In this document: in pieces, positions 55,090 through 64,000 of the stretch
Layout: every line of letters starts with the position of its first letter
Position numbering within the stretch: the first letter of the stretch is position 1
Source of the DNA: a virus
Lineage: Duplodnaviria; Caudoviricetes
IMG/VR virus record: IMGVR_UViG_3300024980_000003
Coordinates: 15 to 64,014 of that record
Strand: one strand, 5' to 3'
DNA: 64,000 bases
Made by a program: the position numbers and the translations under genes
Notes under the pieces: generated by a model
Databases searched by the model: none
The model's input: only the letters and a program-made list of their open reading frames with translations
Told to the model about the DNA's origin: nothing

Positions 55090-55306
55090 AACAACTGGTT
55101 TAAATAACTTGCACTTTCTCTTGGCCGTTCCGCCGTAAAACAAGCCATACTCAGGCGCATTGCCTCTCACTATTCTGGCCCTGCGAATATCAGAATCACT
55201 GGGCCGTTTAGCCAGTCCAGCCTCGTAGGATTCGCACCGGCCAATACCGTGACCAAAGCCGATTGTGTCTTTAGTGAAAGAAGCGCAATCACGGCAACAG
55301 ACCTGA

Positions 55307-55717
55307 TTAATGCGCCGATTCCTTGCCCATCAGCGCCAATAAAGCATCAACATCAGCTTGTGTATTCAATGGCACCGTAAACGCCTGAAACACGGCCATA
55401 TCGCGGCTAATTTCCAGCATCTTGCGGGTATCTTGCAGAAAATCACGCGCGGCATACACCAACGCACACTCCCGGCACTCGTCTTTGAACCCTGCGCCCG
55501 TTGTGGACACCATGACTTCATGCGCGTTACCCATCGCCGTTATCTCGTACAACTCGCCCCAGGCGGTCTTGATGCAACTAGCAATCGCCAGTGTTAGCTT
55601 GCCGTTCATTTTCAGGACGCACTCAACGCGCTCCCCGTTTCTTATTCTTGTTAGCAGAAAATCATAGTCGCTGTCTTGGTCAGGGTGCTGGTCTATCCAC
55701 TGTTGAGCTGAATTCAT
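55307..55717 (-). CDS. Hypothetical protein
   Basis: 136 aa in the pR operon. Confidence 0.7.
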   Translation of the reverse strand: MNSAQQWIDQHPDQDSDYDFLLTRIRNGERVECVLKMNGKLTLAIASCIKTAWGELYEITAMGNAHEVMVSTTGAGFKDECRECALVYAARDFLQDTRKMLEISRDMAVFQAFTVPLNTQADVDALLALMGKESAH

Positions 55718-55775
55718 TATTTTTATATCCGCCGGTAGGTATTTCTACCTAAGTAAATTTGCGTAAGACTATGAT

Positions 55776-55970
55776 CTATATATTATTTATATTGATCTGT
55801 AACGCTTCGATCATTATTCTGGTCTCAGCTTCTTTTTCTTCAATGTCTTTAACCACGAGATTAAACATGTACTCAGACGGCGTGACCCCGGCGACATTGG
55901 CAAGATTAAACACCTTGCGCTTGACTTCTTCGGGGCCGGTGAATGAGAAAACAGCATCTTTTTTAGCCAT
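55776..55970 (-). CDS. Small RHH/CII-position regulator
   Basis: MAKKDAVFSF...LANVAGVTPSEYM; follows cro. Confidence 0.6.
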   Translation of the reverse strand: MAKKDAVFSFTGPEEVKRKVFNLANVAGVTPSEYMFNLVVKDIEEKEAETRIMIEALQININNI

Positions 55971-56207
55971 TTTTTGGAGTCCTACAATGAAACATGTCAG
56001 TGAATACATACTGGAAATAACCCAGCTCCAAACCCTCTTGCAATCGCGCTTAAACGAGCAGGAGGCGTTAATCTCAACGATCACTGCCAATCCTGACAGC
56101 ATCAGCACATTAGCGTCCATGCCGAAGCTGGAGGCCGATCTGTGCGTATCTCAAGCACTTAGCGGCAGGATTAATAAGGTCATCCATGCAGCTAACTCCC
56201 ATCGGTG

Positions 56208-56231
56208 AAAAAAGCCCTGTGTTACCAGGGC
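56208..56231 (-). terminator. tR1-like terminator after cro
   Basis: Minus strand GCCCTG-GTAACA-CAGGGC-TTTTTT. Confidence 0.75.
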
Positions 56232-56252
56232 GAACAGGAGGAATGAAAATTG

Positions 56253-56450
56253 TTAATCGGTTGGATAGATTTCCTCAAACAAATCGCCGGGCCTTACGCC
56301 TTCTTTCATGGCGACTACGTTTATATGGTCAGGAGACATTGGTTTTTTACCATTAATCCAATCGGACACGGTTGCTTGAGATACACCAATGCTCTCGGCC
56401 ATTGCCTTTTGTGTGCTATATCGGCTGTAAATTTCGTGGAGTATTTTCAT
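56253..56450 (-). CDS. cro: Cro-like HTH repressor
   Basis: TQKAMAESIGVSQATVSDW; divergent from cI. Confidence 0.88.
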   Translation of the reverse strand: MKILHEIYSRYSTQKAMAESIGVSQATVSDWINGKKPMSPDHINVVAMKEGVRPGDLFEEIYPTD

Positions 56451-56461
56451 GAGACACATTA

Positions 56462-56498
56462 TAGCCGATAGCGAAACATTAGCAATAGTTAATAGCGA
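56462..56498. promoter_or_regulatory. OR operators
   Basis: TAGCCGATAGCGA and TAGTTAATAGCGA; the first is the exact reverse complement of the site at 57808. Confidence 0.75.
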
Positions 56499-56523
56499 AT
56501 TAAATTTAGCACATAATAAGCCT

Positions 56524-57249
56524 ATGAAATACCCAGATTATGCGAGAAGGTTCAGGCTGCTATGTGCCGAGTCGGAAGCACCTAAAGTACAAAAGGAACT
56601 CGCTAAATGGCTGGGATACTCTCAGGCGACCATTAGCGACTGGCTGAATGGCGAAAAACTACCGTCAATGGACACAGCTCTCAAGCTTGCTGAAAAATTT
56701 GATTGCTGCGTTGAGTATCTTTTAACGGGAAAAGGAGATAAATATAAGCCTGTTCACAAAACAAATAGCTTTCCGGTGCATAATATCGCCTCCCATAAAA
56801 CAAAAAGAGGCGATATAAACAATGTCGAGGAAATTGAATCAAAGAAAGGGAAGGTTCCGTTGATAGGCTGGACGCAAGCCGGGGCCTGGGCAGAGGCCGT
56901 TGACTTATACGAGGTAGGCGACGCAGAGGCTTGGTATGATTGTCCTGTCCCGCATGGAAAAAGAACCTTCATATTAAAAGTAATTAATGACTCAATGACA
57001 TCACCGTACCCTGGACAAAAGAGCTATCCAGAGGGGACGATGATTTTCATTGATCCCGATAAAGAGGTTGTCAATGGCAGCAAAGTGATTGCGAAAATTG
57101 TTGATAGCAACGAAGCCACCTTTAAAGTATACCGTGAAGATGCAGGGACTCGGTGGCTGTTTCCGCTGAATCCAGCCTATGATAAGATACAAGTCGCTGA
57201 CGGCATGGCTATTATCGGCGTATTGATCGGCTCATTCATGCCGGAATAA
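56524..57249 (+). CDS. cI: CI-like repressor with S24 autopeptidase
   Basis: HTH (SQATISDWLNG); Ala-Gly cleavage site QAG; DSM serine; ATFK lysine. Confidence 0.93.
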   Translation: MKYPDYARRFRLLCAESEAPKVQKELAKWLGYSQATISDWLNGEKLPSMDTALKLAEKFDCCVEYLLTGKGDKYKPVHKTNSFPVHNIASHKTKRGDINNVEEIESKKGKVPLIGWTQAGAWAEAVDLYEVGDAEAWYDCPVPHGKRTFILKVINDSMTSPYPGQKSYPEGTMIFIDPDKEVVNGSKVIAKIVDSNEATFKVYREDAGTRWLFPLNPAYDKIQVADGMAIIGVLIGSFMPE

Positions 57250-57267
57250 TAAAATAACTCCTCAGAT

Positions 57268-57292
57268 AAGCCCGTGTAATGCGGGCTTTTTT
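57268..57292 (+). terminator. Intrinsic terminator after cI
   Basis: AAGCCCG...CGGGCTTTTTT. Confidence 0.8.
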
Positions 57293-57761
57293 ATCCAATG
57301 AAAAAAAAGTCACCATAGTGTAGTTTTGCTGCATTTCTATATGCCAATGCAGCTTCTTCTTCTGTTTTAAAACTACCCAATCTTATCTGCTTCTTATTTA
57401 CATTAATTGTAGCCCTATATCGATTGCGCCTATTATCCTTGTGAACGCCTTTAAACTGTGACGTTTTTTGTTTGTGCTTAACGCAATTGAATAAGTTTTC
57501 ACTTCTTGTACACGCTCGCAAATTTTCCCTTCTATTGTCCAAGCCATTATGATTTATATGATCTACATCCAATACTGGATCGGCATTCATTATCATTCTG
57601 TGCATTCTTATACGCTTCCATTTTCCATCTACTTTGCAGCTTGTTAGTGCGTATTTATTGTTCCCTCCAATACTTACACGCCACTTATATTCCGATAAAA
57701 AATCAAAGTCAGCATCGTCTACTAATGCCACAAACCCACCATTAAGCTTAATCTCTCTCAC
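57291..57761 (-). CDS. HNH-AP2 homing endonuclease
   Basis: MHRMIM..VDHINHNGLDNRRENLR; SQFKGV..YRATI..LGSFKTEEEAALAY; probable GTG start. Confidence 0.9.
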   Translation of the reverse strand: MREIKLNGGFVALVDDADFDFLSEYKWRVSIGGNNKYALTSCKVDGKWKRIRMHRMIMNADPVLDVDHINHNGLDNRRENLRACTRSENLFNCVKHKQKTSQFKGVHKDNRRNRYRATINVNKKQIRLGSFKTEEEAALAYRNAAKLHYGDFFFIG

Positions 57762-57807
57762 AATTAACTTCTCTAATAACAATAAAAAAGTCATTGTAAC
57801 AAATAAT

Positions 57808-57848
57808 TCGCTATCGGCTATTGACATTTGTTCGCTATCAGCGATAAT
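57808..57848 (+). promoter_or_regulatory. pL-like promoter with OL operators
   Basis: TTGACA (57821)-16-GATAAT, overlapped by TCGCTATCGGCTA and TCGCTATCAGCGA. Confidence 0.8.
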
Positions 57849-58335
57849 AACCCAGACTTAAACGAAACACTATTTCCAAAGCCCTTCCAGCCGAAGGCCC
57901 GGTATCAATCCCGGCGAATGATTGGCAGCCCCCTGAAATACGGGACGTAGCGTGCAGAAAATAGCTCTTTTAAGACGCATTCACCGAGTGCTTCTCAAAA
58001 GATCAACCGATTTCAGCCTCCCCTGGAACTCAACCCGGTAGCAATGCCGGGTCTTTTTCGGATGGAAGCAATAAGAACACTTGCGGAACTATGTAGTGAT
58101 AAACCCGCAAATGATGACCGCCTGAAAGAAGGCAACTGATACCTAGCCAGTCGTCCAAAGGAGACTGAATAAACGGCCTTTGCAGTTTGCTTAACTTAAC
58201 CGTGACAGCATGAAATAAAAGCTAGGCATGACTAAGCCATTCCGGGTAAGTGAGTGGCAACAAGGATTGATACTAAAAGTGACAACGGTTCATGCGTCCG
58301 GAGCACAGACGTTGTTTAAATTAGCGTCAATCCTT

Positions 58336-58441
58336 GTTGGTGTAGCTCAGTGGTTAGAGCTGGGGGCGGCATGCCTAGTAGTCAATTAACTAGCGAACCC
58401 TGTAAGTAGACTCAGCGCCGGTTCAAGTCCGGCCACCAACA
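58336..58441 (+). ncRNA. tRNA-like RNA with canonical D and T arms but an expanded, non-canonical anticodon region
   Basis: GTTGGTG-TAGCTCAGTGGTTAGAGC-(~56 nt)-GCCGGTTCAAGTCCGGC-CACCAAC-A; no encoded CCA. Confidence 0.7.
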
Positions 58442-58575
58442 CTAATATGCCCAATCTTATCTGTTGCCGCACGGCTTGAAACATGCACGAAACAGAAAGC
58501 CCATGAGAATTGGGCAATCAATAACGCATAAATTAACAAACCAGTAGTTTTGCTGGTCTTGAGAGCGAGAAAATT

Positions 58576-58839
58576 ATGAATACATATACAGCACCAACGT
58601 ACCAGATGTACGGAGTTATGAATGCTCTAAAGGACGAGCTACGCAAGCACCTAAGGCCGGGCGAAATGCTGATATGGAGAGATGCATTCAGATGGATTAA
58701 TGATAGCGGCGTACTATCGAATCACTATGAATGCATGGAGCTGCCGCAGCTATGTGATGACTTTAACTATGATGTTGTGCATGACTTTCGGCATGTGGCG
58801 ATAGTGCGCCCAAAACAATCAAGAGAGGTGATGCTATGA
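58576..58839 (+). CDS. Hypothetical early protein
   Basis: First ORF of the pL operon. Confidence 0.7.
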   Translation: MNTYTAPTYQMYGVMNALKDELRKHLRPGEMLIWRDAFRWINDSGVLSNHYECMELPQLCDDFNYDVVHDFRHVAIVRPKQSREVML

Positions 58840-59120
58840 CAAAAAGACTAATCGGAATCGACCAGGCCGACAGAAGTTGGCTTTTAAACAACACAAGAAA
58901 AGTGGACCCGGCAGGAGTTGCGTATAACGTGGTGACGCTGATTGCGTTAATGGCAACGGTAGTAATCCTGTTCGCGGCATCCAGCGCAGTCAGCGCGAAA
59001 GAGCCGATGTGCTATGTAGTGGATCATGAGCAAGCGGAATTGGTAGTAAGTTCAGACATGGATGAATACCTTGGCAAGTATGGCAAGGGTCAACTGGTTG
59101 AATTAGGTGATTTGCAATGA
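58836..59120 (+). CDS. Membrane-anchored hypothetical protein
   Basis: One TM helix; GAGGTG RBS. Confidence 0.7.
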   Translation: MTKRLIGIDQADRSWLLNNTRKVDPAGVAYNVVTLIALMATVVILFAASSAVSAKEPMCYVVDHEQAELVVSSDMDEYLGKYGKGQLVELGDLQ

Positions 59121-59368
59121 GCGAGCAGCCCAACCAAGACGCATTGGACGGGGAACATCAATGTAATGACCCCGTTAATTGGGAAGCGTTACATGCCAAC
59201 AGCGAAACACTAAAATTGAACCGGAGCAAAGACCATGAGCAAGAAACAGTTTAAAGAGCAATGCGAAGAACTTGAAGCAATGGGGTATTCGTTGCTTGAG
59301 CTTGAGCCAGAATCAAAATATGCCCGTTACATGCTTAACGGGAATGTTAGAGTTATCGGGAGAAAGAA

Positions 59369-60205
59369 ATGACCAACATAGCGACAATCAAAAAAGAATC
59401 GCAAGTACCGGCGCTGGCTATCAGCGAGACTGAATTAATGGATGTATTGCGTAATTCTCTTTATCCAGGCGCACAAGATAACAGCATCAAGATGGTTATT
59501 GGTTACTGCAAAGCGTCTGGCCTTGATCCTATGCGTAAGCCGGTTCATATCGTGCCGATGTGGGATAGCAAATCAGGCTCCATGCGTGATGTGATTATGC
59601 CGGGGATCGGTAGTTATCGATCCGATGCCGCTAAATCAGGGCAATACGCTGGCGTTTCCGTTGCTGAGTTCGGGCCTGATATTACTGAAAACATTGGAGG
59701 CGTTGAAATCACTTACCCGCAATGGTGCCGAGTCATTGTCAAGCGTCAGATAGCTCATGGGCAAATAGCTGAGTTTGCGGCTACGGAACGCTGGAAAGAA
59801 AACTATGCGGTGCGCGGAGGAAAGGATAAATCAATTGCGCCTAATGCCATGTGGTCTAAGCGTCCTTATGCCCAGCTTGAAAAATGCGCCGAAGCGCAAG
59901 CACTCAGAAAAGCGTTTCCAGAAGTCGGTTCGCAACCCACTGCCGATGAAATGGAAGGAAAAGCATTTGACGATGGCGCAACCGTGATTGACGGCGCAAC
60001 CGGAGAAATTATCAACAAGCAGACAGTAAGACCGGCACTGGAATATTGCACCGCTGAAAAGTTTCAAGAGAACCAGGCCAAGTGGCGCAACCTGATCGAA
60101 TCCGGTAAAGAGACTGCGGATAACTTAATCATTAAACTCAAATCTAAAACCCTGTTCACCGATGAGCAGATGACGGAAATCAAATCTTGGGAAGCAGGAG
60201 AATAA
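59369..60205 (+). CDS. bet: Phage recombination protein Bet (RecT family)
   Basis: YCKASGLDP..KPVHIVP, GIGSYR, MWSKRPYAQLEKCAEAQALRKAFP, TADEM. Confidence 0.93.
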   Translation: MTNIATIKKESQVPALAISETELMDVLRNSLYPGAQDNSIKMVIGYCKASGLDPMRKPVHIVPMWDSKSGSMRDVIMPGIGSYRSDAAKSGQYAGVSVAEFGPDITENIGGVEITYPQWCRVIVKRQIAHGQIAEFAATERWKENYAVRGGKDKSIAPNAMWSKRPYAQLEKCAEAQALRKAFPEVGSQPTADEMEGKAFDDGATVIDGATGEIINKQTVRPALEYCTAEKFQENQAKWRNLIESGKETADNLIIKLKSKTLFTDEQMTEIKSWEAGE

Positions 60206-60207
60206 CC

Positions 60208-61899
60208 ATGCAAATACATGACTTAGAGCAAGGTTCGCACGAGTGGATTCAGTTCAGACGAAACCATGACGGCGCAAGCGAAATAGCCGCAGTAATTGGC
60301 ATTTCCAAAAACACCACTCGCAATGAACTGTTGCGACTCAAAAGCACTGGAATGGAAAAGGAATTTTCTGATTACGTGCAAAAATACGTGTTAGATAAAG
60401 GCCACGAAGTCGAAGCATTAGCAAGACCTATTGTCGAGTCAATGATTGGCGAAGAACTTTACCCTATAGTTGCATCTAAAGGTGGTCGTTTATCAGCTTC
60501 ATGCGACGGACTAACGCTGATGGGAGAGTTTGGCTGGGAAAACAAGCAGTATAACCAAGAATATTTTGATCTGGTTTCATCGGGTATTGTGCCAGAAGAA
60601 CACATACCACAAGTACAGCAATGCTTAATGGTAACAGGCGCAGAAAAGTGGTTTTTTACCGTATCTGACGGCACCCAAGAAAGAACCGCTGGCGTATGGG
60701 TTTATCCTGACCAAGATTGGTTTAATCGCATCGAATCAGCATGGAATCAGTTTCATAAAGACCTTGCTGATTATGTTCCGGTAGCCGTCATCGAGCCACC
60801 CAAAGCCGAAGCCATTAAAGACTTGCCAGCGGTAACAGTGCAAGTGCGCGGCGAACTAACACTGTGCAACATCCAAGATGTAACACCATTGTTTGATAAG
60901 TTTCTGGCCGAAGCTAAAACCAATTTGGTGACTGATGAAGATTTTGCCCAAGCCGAAGCCGAAGCAAAACTTGGCCGGGAAACCGCGAAACGCTGCAAGC
61001 TGACCGCCAAAGCCGTAGTCGATCAGATGCTATCCATCAGCGAAGTAACACGCACATTGGAAGAATATGCGGCCAAGTTTGACGCGCTGGCATTGAGGCA
61101 AGAAAAGGCGGTTAAGGAACAAAAAGAAACGCGCAAAGCGACGGCAAAGCTTGAGCGTGACAAAGCGTATGCCGAGCATATAGCGGTATTGAATGAAGAA
61201 ATTAAGCCTATCTATTTGGCATTAAGCACGACCGACAAGCCTGACTTTGTTGGCGTTATGAAAGGACAGCGTACTTTAGCCAGTATTTATAACAAGCTTG
61301 ATACCGAACTAGCTCGTGCCAAGATTGCGGCTGATGCCGTGGCTAAGTCAGTCAGATTGAATCTAAACCTAATTAATGGGCAGCCAATCTACAAGTTCTT
61401 ATTCAACGATATTCAGAATATTATTTATAAGGATTTTGATGATCTGAAATTGTTAGTTGATTCGCGCATTGAAGCGCATCAAAAAGCCGAAGCCGAAAAG
61501 CTGGAACAAGAGCGAGAACGCATTCGCCAAGAAGAACAAGCCAAGGCGAAACGCGAAGCTGAAGCCAAGTTACGCGCGGAACAGGCCGAAAAAGAGCGTA
61601 TTGAGCGCGAGGCTAAGCAAGCTTCGGCACTGGCTGAGCGTGAAAGGCTTGAGCGTGAAAATCAGGAAATGCTTGAGCTGGCGAAAAATAAAGCCGGCAC
61701 CGAAGAACCTACTGCTATTGCGCCAGCGAAACAAGCAGAAGTCGAGCATGTTGTTGAGCAGCTTATTGATAACGCAAAGCAAGTGCGCCCAACGGCAGAT
61801 GAATTACTTAAACTCATATCGTCTCATTATTCAGTGTCTATTGGTACCGCTATTGATTGGATTGTTGAGGCGGCTGAGTCAATTCAGGAGTCGGCTTAA
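60208..61899 (+). CDS. YqaJ-like exonuclease with long coiled-coil tail
   Basis: QGSHEW..FR, GASE, GHEVEALAR, SASCDGL, WENK, QVQQCLMV. Confidence 0.9.
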   Translation: MQIHDLEQGSHEWIQFRRNHDGASEIAAVIGISKNTTRNELLRLKSTGMEKEFSDYVQKYVLDKGHEVEALARPIVESMIGEELYPIVASKGGRLSASCDGLTLMGEFGWENKQYNQEYFDLVSSGIVPEEHIPQVQQCLMVTGAEKWFFTVSDGTQERTAGVWVYPDQDWFNRIESAWNQFHKDLADYVPVAVIEPPKAEAIKDLPAVTVQVRGELTLCNIQDVTPLFDKFLAEAKTNLVTDEDFAQAEAEAKLGRETAKRCKLTAKAVVDQMLSISEVTRTLEEYAAKFDALALRQEKAVKEQKETRKATAKLERDKAYAEHIAVLNEEIKPIYLALSTTDKPDFVGVMKGQRTLASIYNKLDTELARAKIAADAVAKSVRLNLNLINGQPIYKFLFNDIQNIIYKDFDDLKLLVDSRIEAHQKAEAEKLEQERERIRQEEQAKAKREAEAKLRAEQAEKERIEREAKQASALAERERLERENQEMLELAKNKAGTEEPTAIAPAKQAEVEHVVEQLIDNAKQVRPTADELLKLISSHYSVSIGTAIDWIVEAAESIQESA

Positions 61900-62085
61900 A
61901 TGAACCATAAGCCCCCTATCCTGAACTGGCAGCAAATCCGAGCCATTGTAGACGATCTCAAGCAAAACGCCGACCGCTACGAGAAGATCAGTAAGTTAAC
62001 GCCGTTGCAATTTTCGGCACTGTATCAGCGGAATCTGGAGTTTGGGATTCCGTTTGATGAACTGGTTGATGAGATTAAAAAATGA
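61900..62085 (+). CDS. Hypothetical protein
   Basis: Coupled small ORF. Confidence 0.65.
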   Translation: MNHKPPILNWQQIRAIVDDLKQNADRYEKISKLTPLQFSALYQRNLEFGIPFDELVDEIKK

Positions 62086-62291
62086 TTAGGTGTGCTTGCG
62101 GAGGGGGAACCAAGATAAGCAACACCCGAGACTATGGCATTAACTCAACACGCCGTCATCATCGGTGCGTTCAATGTGGAGTTGCGTTTTATACGATTGA
62201 ATCTATCGAGGACAACAACCTCTATCTGGAACTGGACAGACTGAGAGAAAAATTAAAACAGATAGGCGCTATAGCGCAAGGTGATTTATGA
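62082..62291 (+). CDS. NrdR/Ogr-like zinc-ribbon protein
   Basis: MIRCACG..TK..NTR...RRHHRCVQCG..FYTIE. Confidence 0.75.
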   Translation: MIRCACGGGTKISNTRDYGINSTRRHHRCVQCGVAFYTIESIEDNNLYLELDRLREKLKQIGAIAQGDL

Positions 62292-62656
62292 GCAGAGAAT
62301 TATTGAAACAGGCTCTTGATGTAATAGAGGGAGTATTTTATAGAAATGATACCTCTGATAGAAAGAGAGCCATTGCATTTGTTGAGAAAATAGAATTGCA
62401 TCTTGAAAAGCCTGAGCCTGAGCCAATATGTGCATCATGCAAGGCGATTGGAGCTGCTTACAGCATTGGCAATGAGCGGCAACCGCCCAAGCGAGAGCCG
62501 TTGAGAGGTGATGTTAATCGGTTAATTGAATTAGTTATCGAAGCGGGCGAAAACAGAAAGCATGGCGATTTTAAGTTAATGCACATCGATATTGGTGAGG
62601 CGATTGAAATTGCAACAGCACTAAAAGCCAATGGAATAGGAATTGATAATGAGTAA
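62288..62656 (+). CDS. Hypothetical phage early protein
   Basis: MSRELLKQALD...PEPEP...PPKREPL. Confidence 0.7.
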   Translation: MSRELLKQALDVIEGVFYRNDTSDRKRAIAFVEKIELHLEKPEPEPICASCKAIGAAYSIGNERQPPKREPLRGDVNRLIELVIEAGENRKHGDFKLMHIDIGEAIEIATALKANGIGIDNE

Positions 62657-63017
62657 GCATACTAAAGAACATTGGATTTGTGACAAATACAATAACGTCA
62701 ATGATTCTCAAGGCAGAACCATAAAAGTTCAAGGTTTTGCGTTAAGTAGCGGAGAAGAAGTAAAGGAAAACACTAGGAGAATCGTCGCTTGCGTTAATGC
62801 GTGTCGCGGCCTTGACACTAAAGACCTTGAAAAAAATGGACTGGTTTCAGCGGTTGGCAGTGAACTAATAAGGCTGGAAGCGATTAATGCGGAACTGGTT
62901 GAGGCGTTGAGCGATGTTATGCATCTTCTTGAGTATGGCGCATCAGTTCATGGTCTTGTTAGGCCGACAAAAGAAAAAGCACTGTCAGCCCTAGCCAAAG
63001 CCAAGGAGCAGAAATGA
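62649..63017 (+). CDS. Hypothetical phage early protein
   Basis: MSKHTKEHW...NTRRIVACVNAC.G...ALAKA. Confidence 0.75.
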   Translation: MSKHTKEHWICDKYNNVNDSQGRTIKVQGFALSSGEEVKENTRRIVACVNACRGLDTKDLEKNGLVSAVGSELIRLEAINAELVEALSDVMHLLEYGASVHGLVRPTKEKALSALAKAKEQK

Positions 63018-63232
63018 TTGATAGAGAAACAATCGAAAACGAAATAGACAATCTTCTAAACTCGTCATTTAACCGTAACGACATTTTAAAATTTGCCGAG
63101 CAAATGGCGGCACTATCTATGGCAGACGCGCTGGAAGAAGCCGCATTTATGGTATCTAAACTAGCGCCAAATTGGTCGCCCGAAACGATAGCAAAAGAAA
63201 TACGCGCAATGAAATATAAGGAATCGAAATGA
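63014..63232 (+). CDS. Hypothetical protein
   Basis: Coupled ORF. Confidence 0.65.
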   Translation: MIDRETIENEIDNLLNSSFNRNDILKFAEQMAALSMADALEEAAFMVSKLAPNWSPETIAKEIRAMKYKESK

Positions 63233-63558
63233 GTAACACAACACCAAGCTCTACCTGGAGTAAGAACGGCGAACCCGATCCACATGGCACCCGCTACGAC
63301 TGCGAACGCGCGATGCTGTGCAAAGGCGAATTGACTGATGACGAACTGGCAAACGCGCTTTATCGGTGCGACCACCGGACGAGCTTTGAAAGCATCGGAC
63401 TAATTACGGCGGCTAAGGATCGCATCAGGTGGCTGTCAAGAAAACTGGAAGGTCCAGATTTGACGAGCTACCGGAAAGGCGTAGAGGACCGGCAAGGGGG
63501 AATCAAAAGACCTTATCGAACAACTCCAATTCTGCAATATAATATCAGTCGAGGATAA
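63229..63558 (+). CDS. Hypothetical phage protein
   Basis: GEPDPHG.RY..ERA.L..G.LTDDELAN...AAKDRIRWLSR. Confidence 0.75.
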   Translation: MSNTTPSSTWSKNGEPDPHGTRYDCERAMLCKGELTDDELANALYRCDHRTSFESIGLITAAKDRIRWLSRKLEGPDLTSYRKGVEDRQGGIKRPYRTTPILQYNISRG

Positions 63559-63561
63559 TTT

Positions 63562-63759
63562 GTGATTGAAGAACAAAAAACAAAGCAAAAAGAATTTCTA
63601 CGCATATCTGATATGCTGGTTAAGATGGGCGGGATAACCCGCAAACAGTTTTGGATGCTACGCAAAAAAGGCCATGTGCCTGAACCAATCATTCCCGATC
63701 CGCCGATCTGGAGACTGAAAGATGTGGATGCGTTTTATGACAAGCGAGCCGGGTTATAA
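63562..63759 (+). CDS. xis: Excisionase (AlpA-like wHTH)
   Basis: FLRISDM...GITR..FW...K.G.VPEPI...WRL.DV; next to the att arm. Confidence 0.8.
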   Translation: MIEEQKTKQKEFLRISDMLVKMGGITRKQFWMLRKKGHVPEPIIPDPPIWRLKDVDAFYDKRAGL

Positions 63760-63762
63760 TTT

Positions 63763-63789
63763 CCCAAAGGCACTACGAAAGGCACTATC
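63763..63789 (+). promoter_or_regulatory. Integrase arm-type sites
   Basis: CCCAAAGGCACTACGAAAGGCACTATC. Confidence 0.75.
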
Positions 63790-63804
63790 ATTTTTGATGG
63801 GCAT

Positions 63805-63837
63805 AAAAAAAATCCTTGAGATTGAGTTCAAGGCTTT
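63805..63837 (-). terminator. Phage-supplied terminator downstream of the tRNA 3' fragment
   Basis: Minus strand CCTTGA-loop-TCAAGG followed by ATTTTTTT. Confidence 0.6.
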
Positions 63838-63845
63838 GATTTAAT

Positions 63846-64000
63846 TGGAGCCAATGACGGGAGTCGAACCCGTGACCTACTGATTACGAATCAGGACGGT
63901 TATTATTCTGGCCTGTTCTTGCTAGGATTTTAATGTGTCATCAAGTGCCTGTTTTACAGGGCTTGCAGCTTTTCGTCATTCCTTTCTGTTCCTTTTTGTG
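63846..64000 (-). repeat. attP-type junction: tRNA-Thr 3' half plus repeat of window positions 18-172
   Basis: Same sequence as 18-172 except two T-stem substitutions; phage sequence on both sides. Confidence 0.9.

Larger units (their letters stand above)
18..63845. mobile_element. Complete temperate prophage unit (~63,828 bp), podovirus-like head/ejection module, integrated at tRNA-Thr
   Basis: Integrase and excisionase at opposite ends; the att core repeats at 18 and 63846; full sets of lysis, head, packaging, replication, immunity and recombination genes lie between. Confidence 0.95.

Noticed and set aside
63846-64000. Physical terminal repeat of a virion genome, or a simple circular-assembly overlap
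   Set aside because: The repeat begins at the att core, has two substitutions and has different outer flanks.

Overview
The window is one complete ~63.8 kb temperate, podovirus-like prophage unit. It has a P22-like portal, an N4-gp56-family capsid protein, a PBSX-type terminase, a giant polyvalent ejection protein, lambdoid cI/cro, Bet/YqaJ recombination genes and O/DnaC replication genes. It integrates into a tRNA-Thr(CGT) gene. The window opens at a prophage/host junction (tRNA 3' half, 18-66) and ends at a phage/phage attP-type junction (63846-63894) that runs into a second copy of the start. The most striking feature lies directly behind the ordinary phage integrase (1421-4052): an array of integron attC-type sites with core boxes, spacers, L-boxes and extrahelical bases. 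These sites separate single small phage-type genes (Lar-like, Dam-like methylase, Zn-finger hypotheticals). No IntI is encoded, and every ORF is inverted relative to canonical attC polarity. Other unusual elements are a family of tRNA-shaped ncRNAs with complementary D/T loops, two C4-like antisense RNA modules, two TnpA-less TnpB genes (one paired with a divergent RHH regulator), a hairpin motif ahead of late genes, and a triplicated capsid leader. All family calls come from motifs read by eye; no searches were run.
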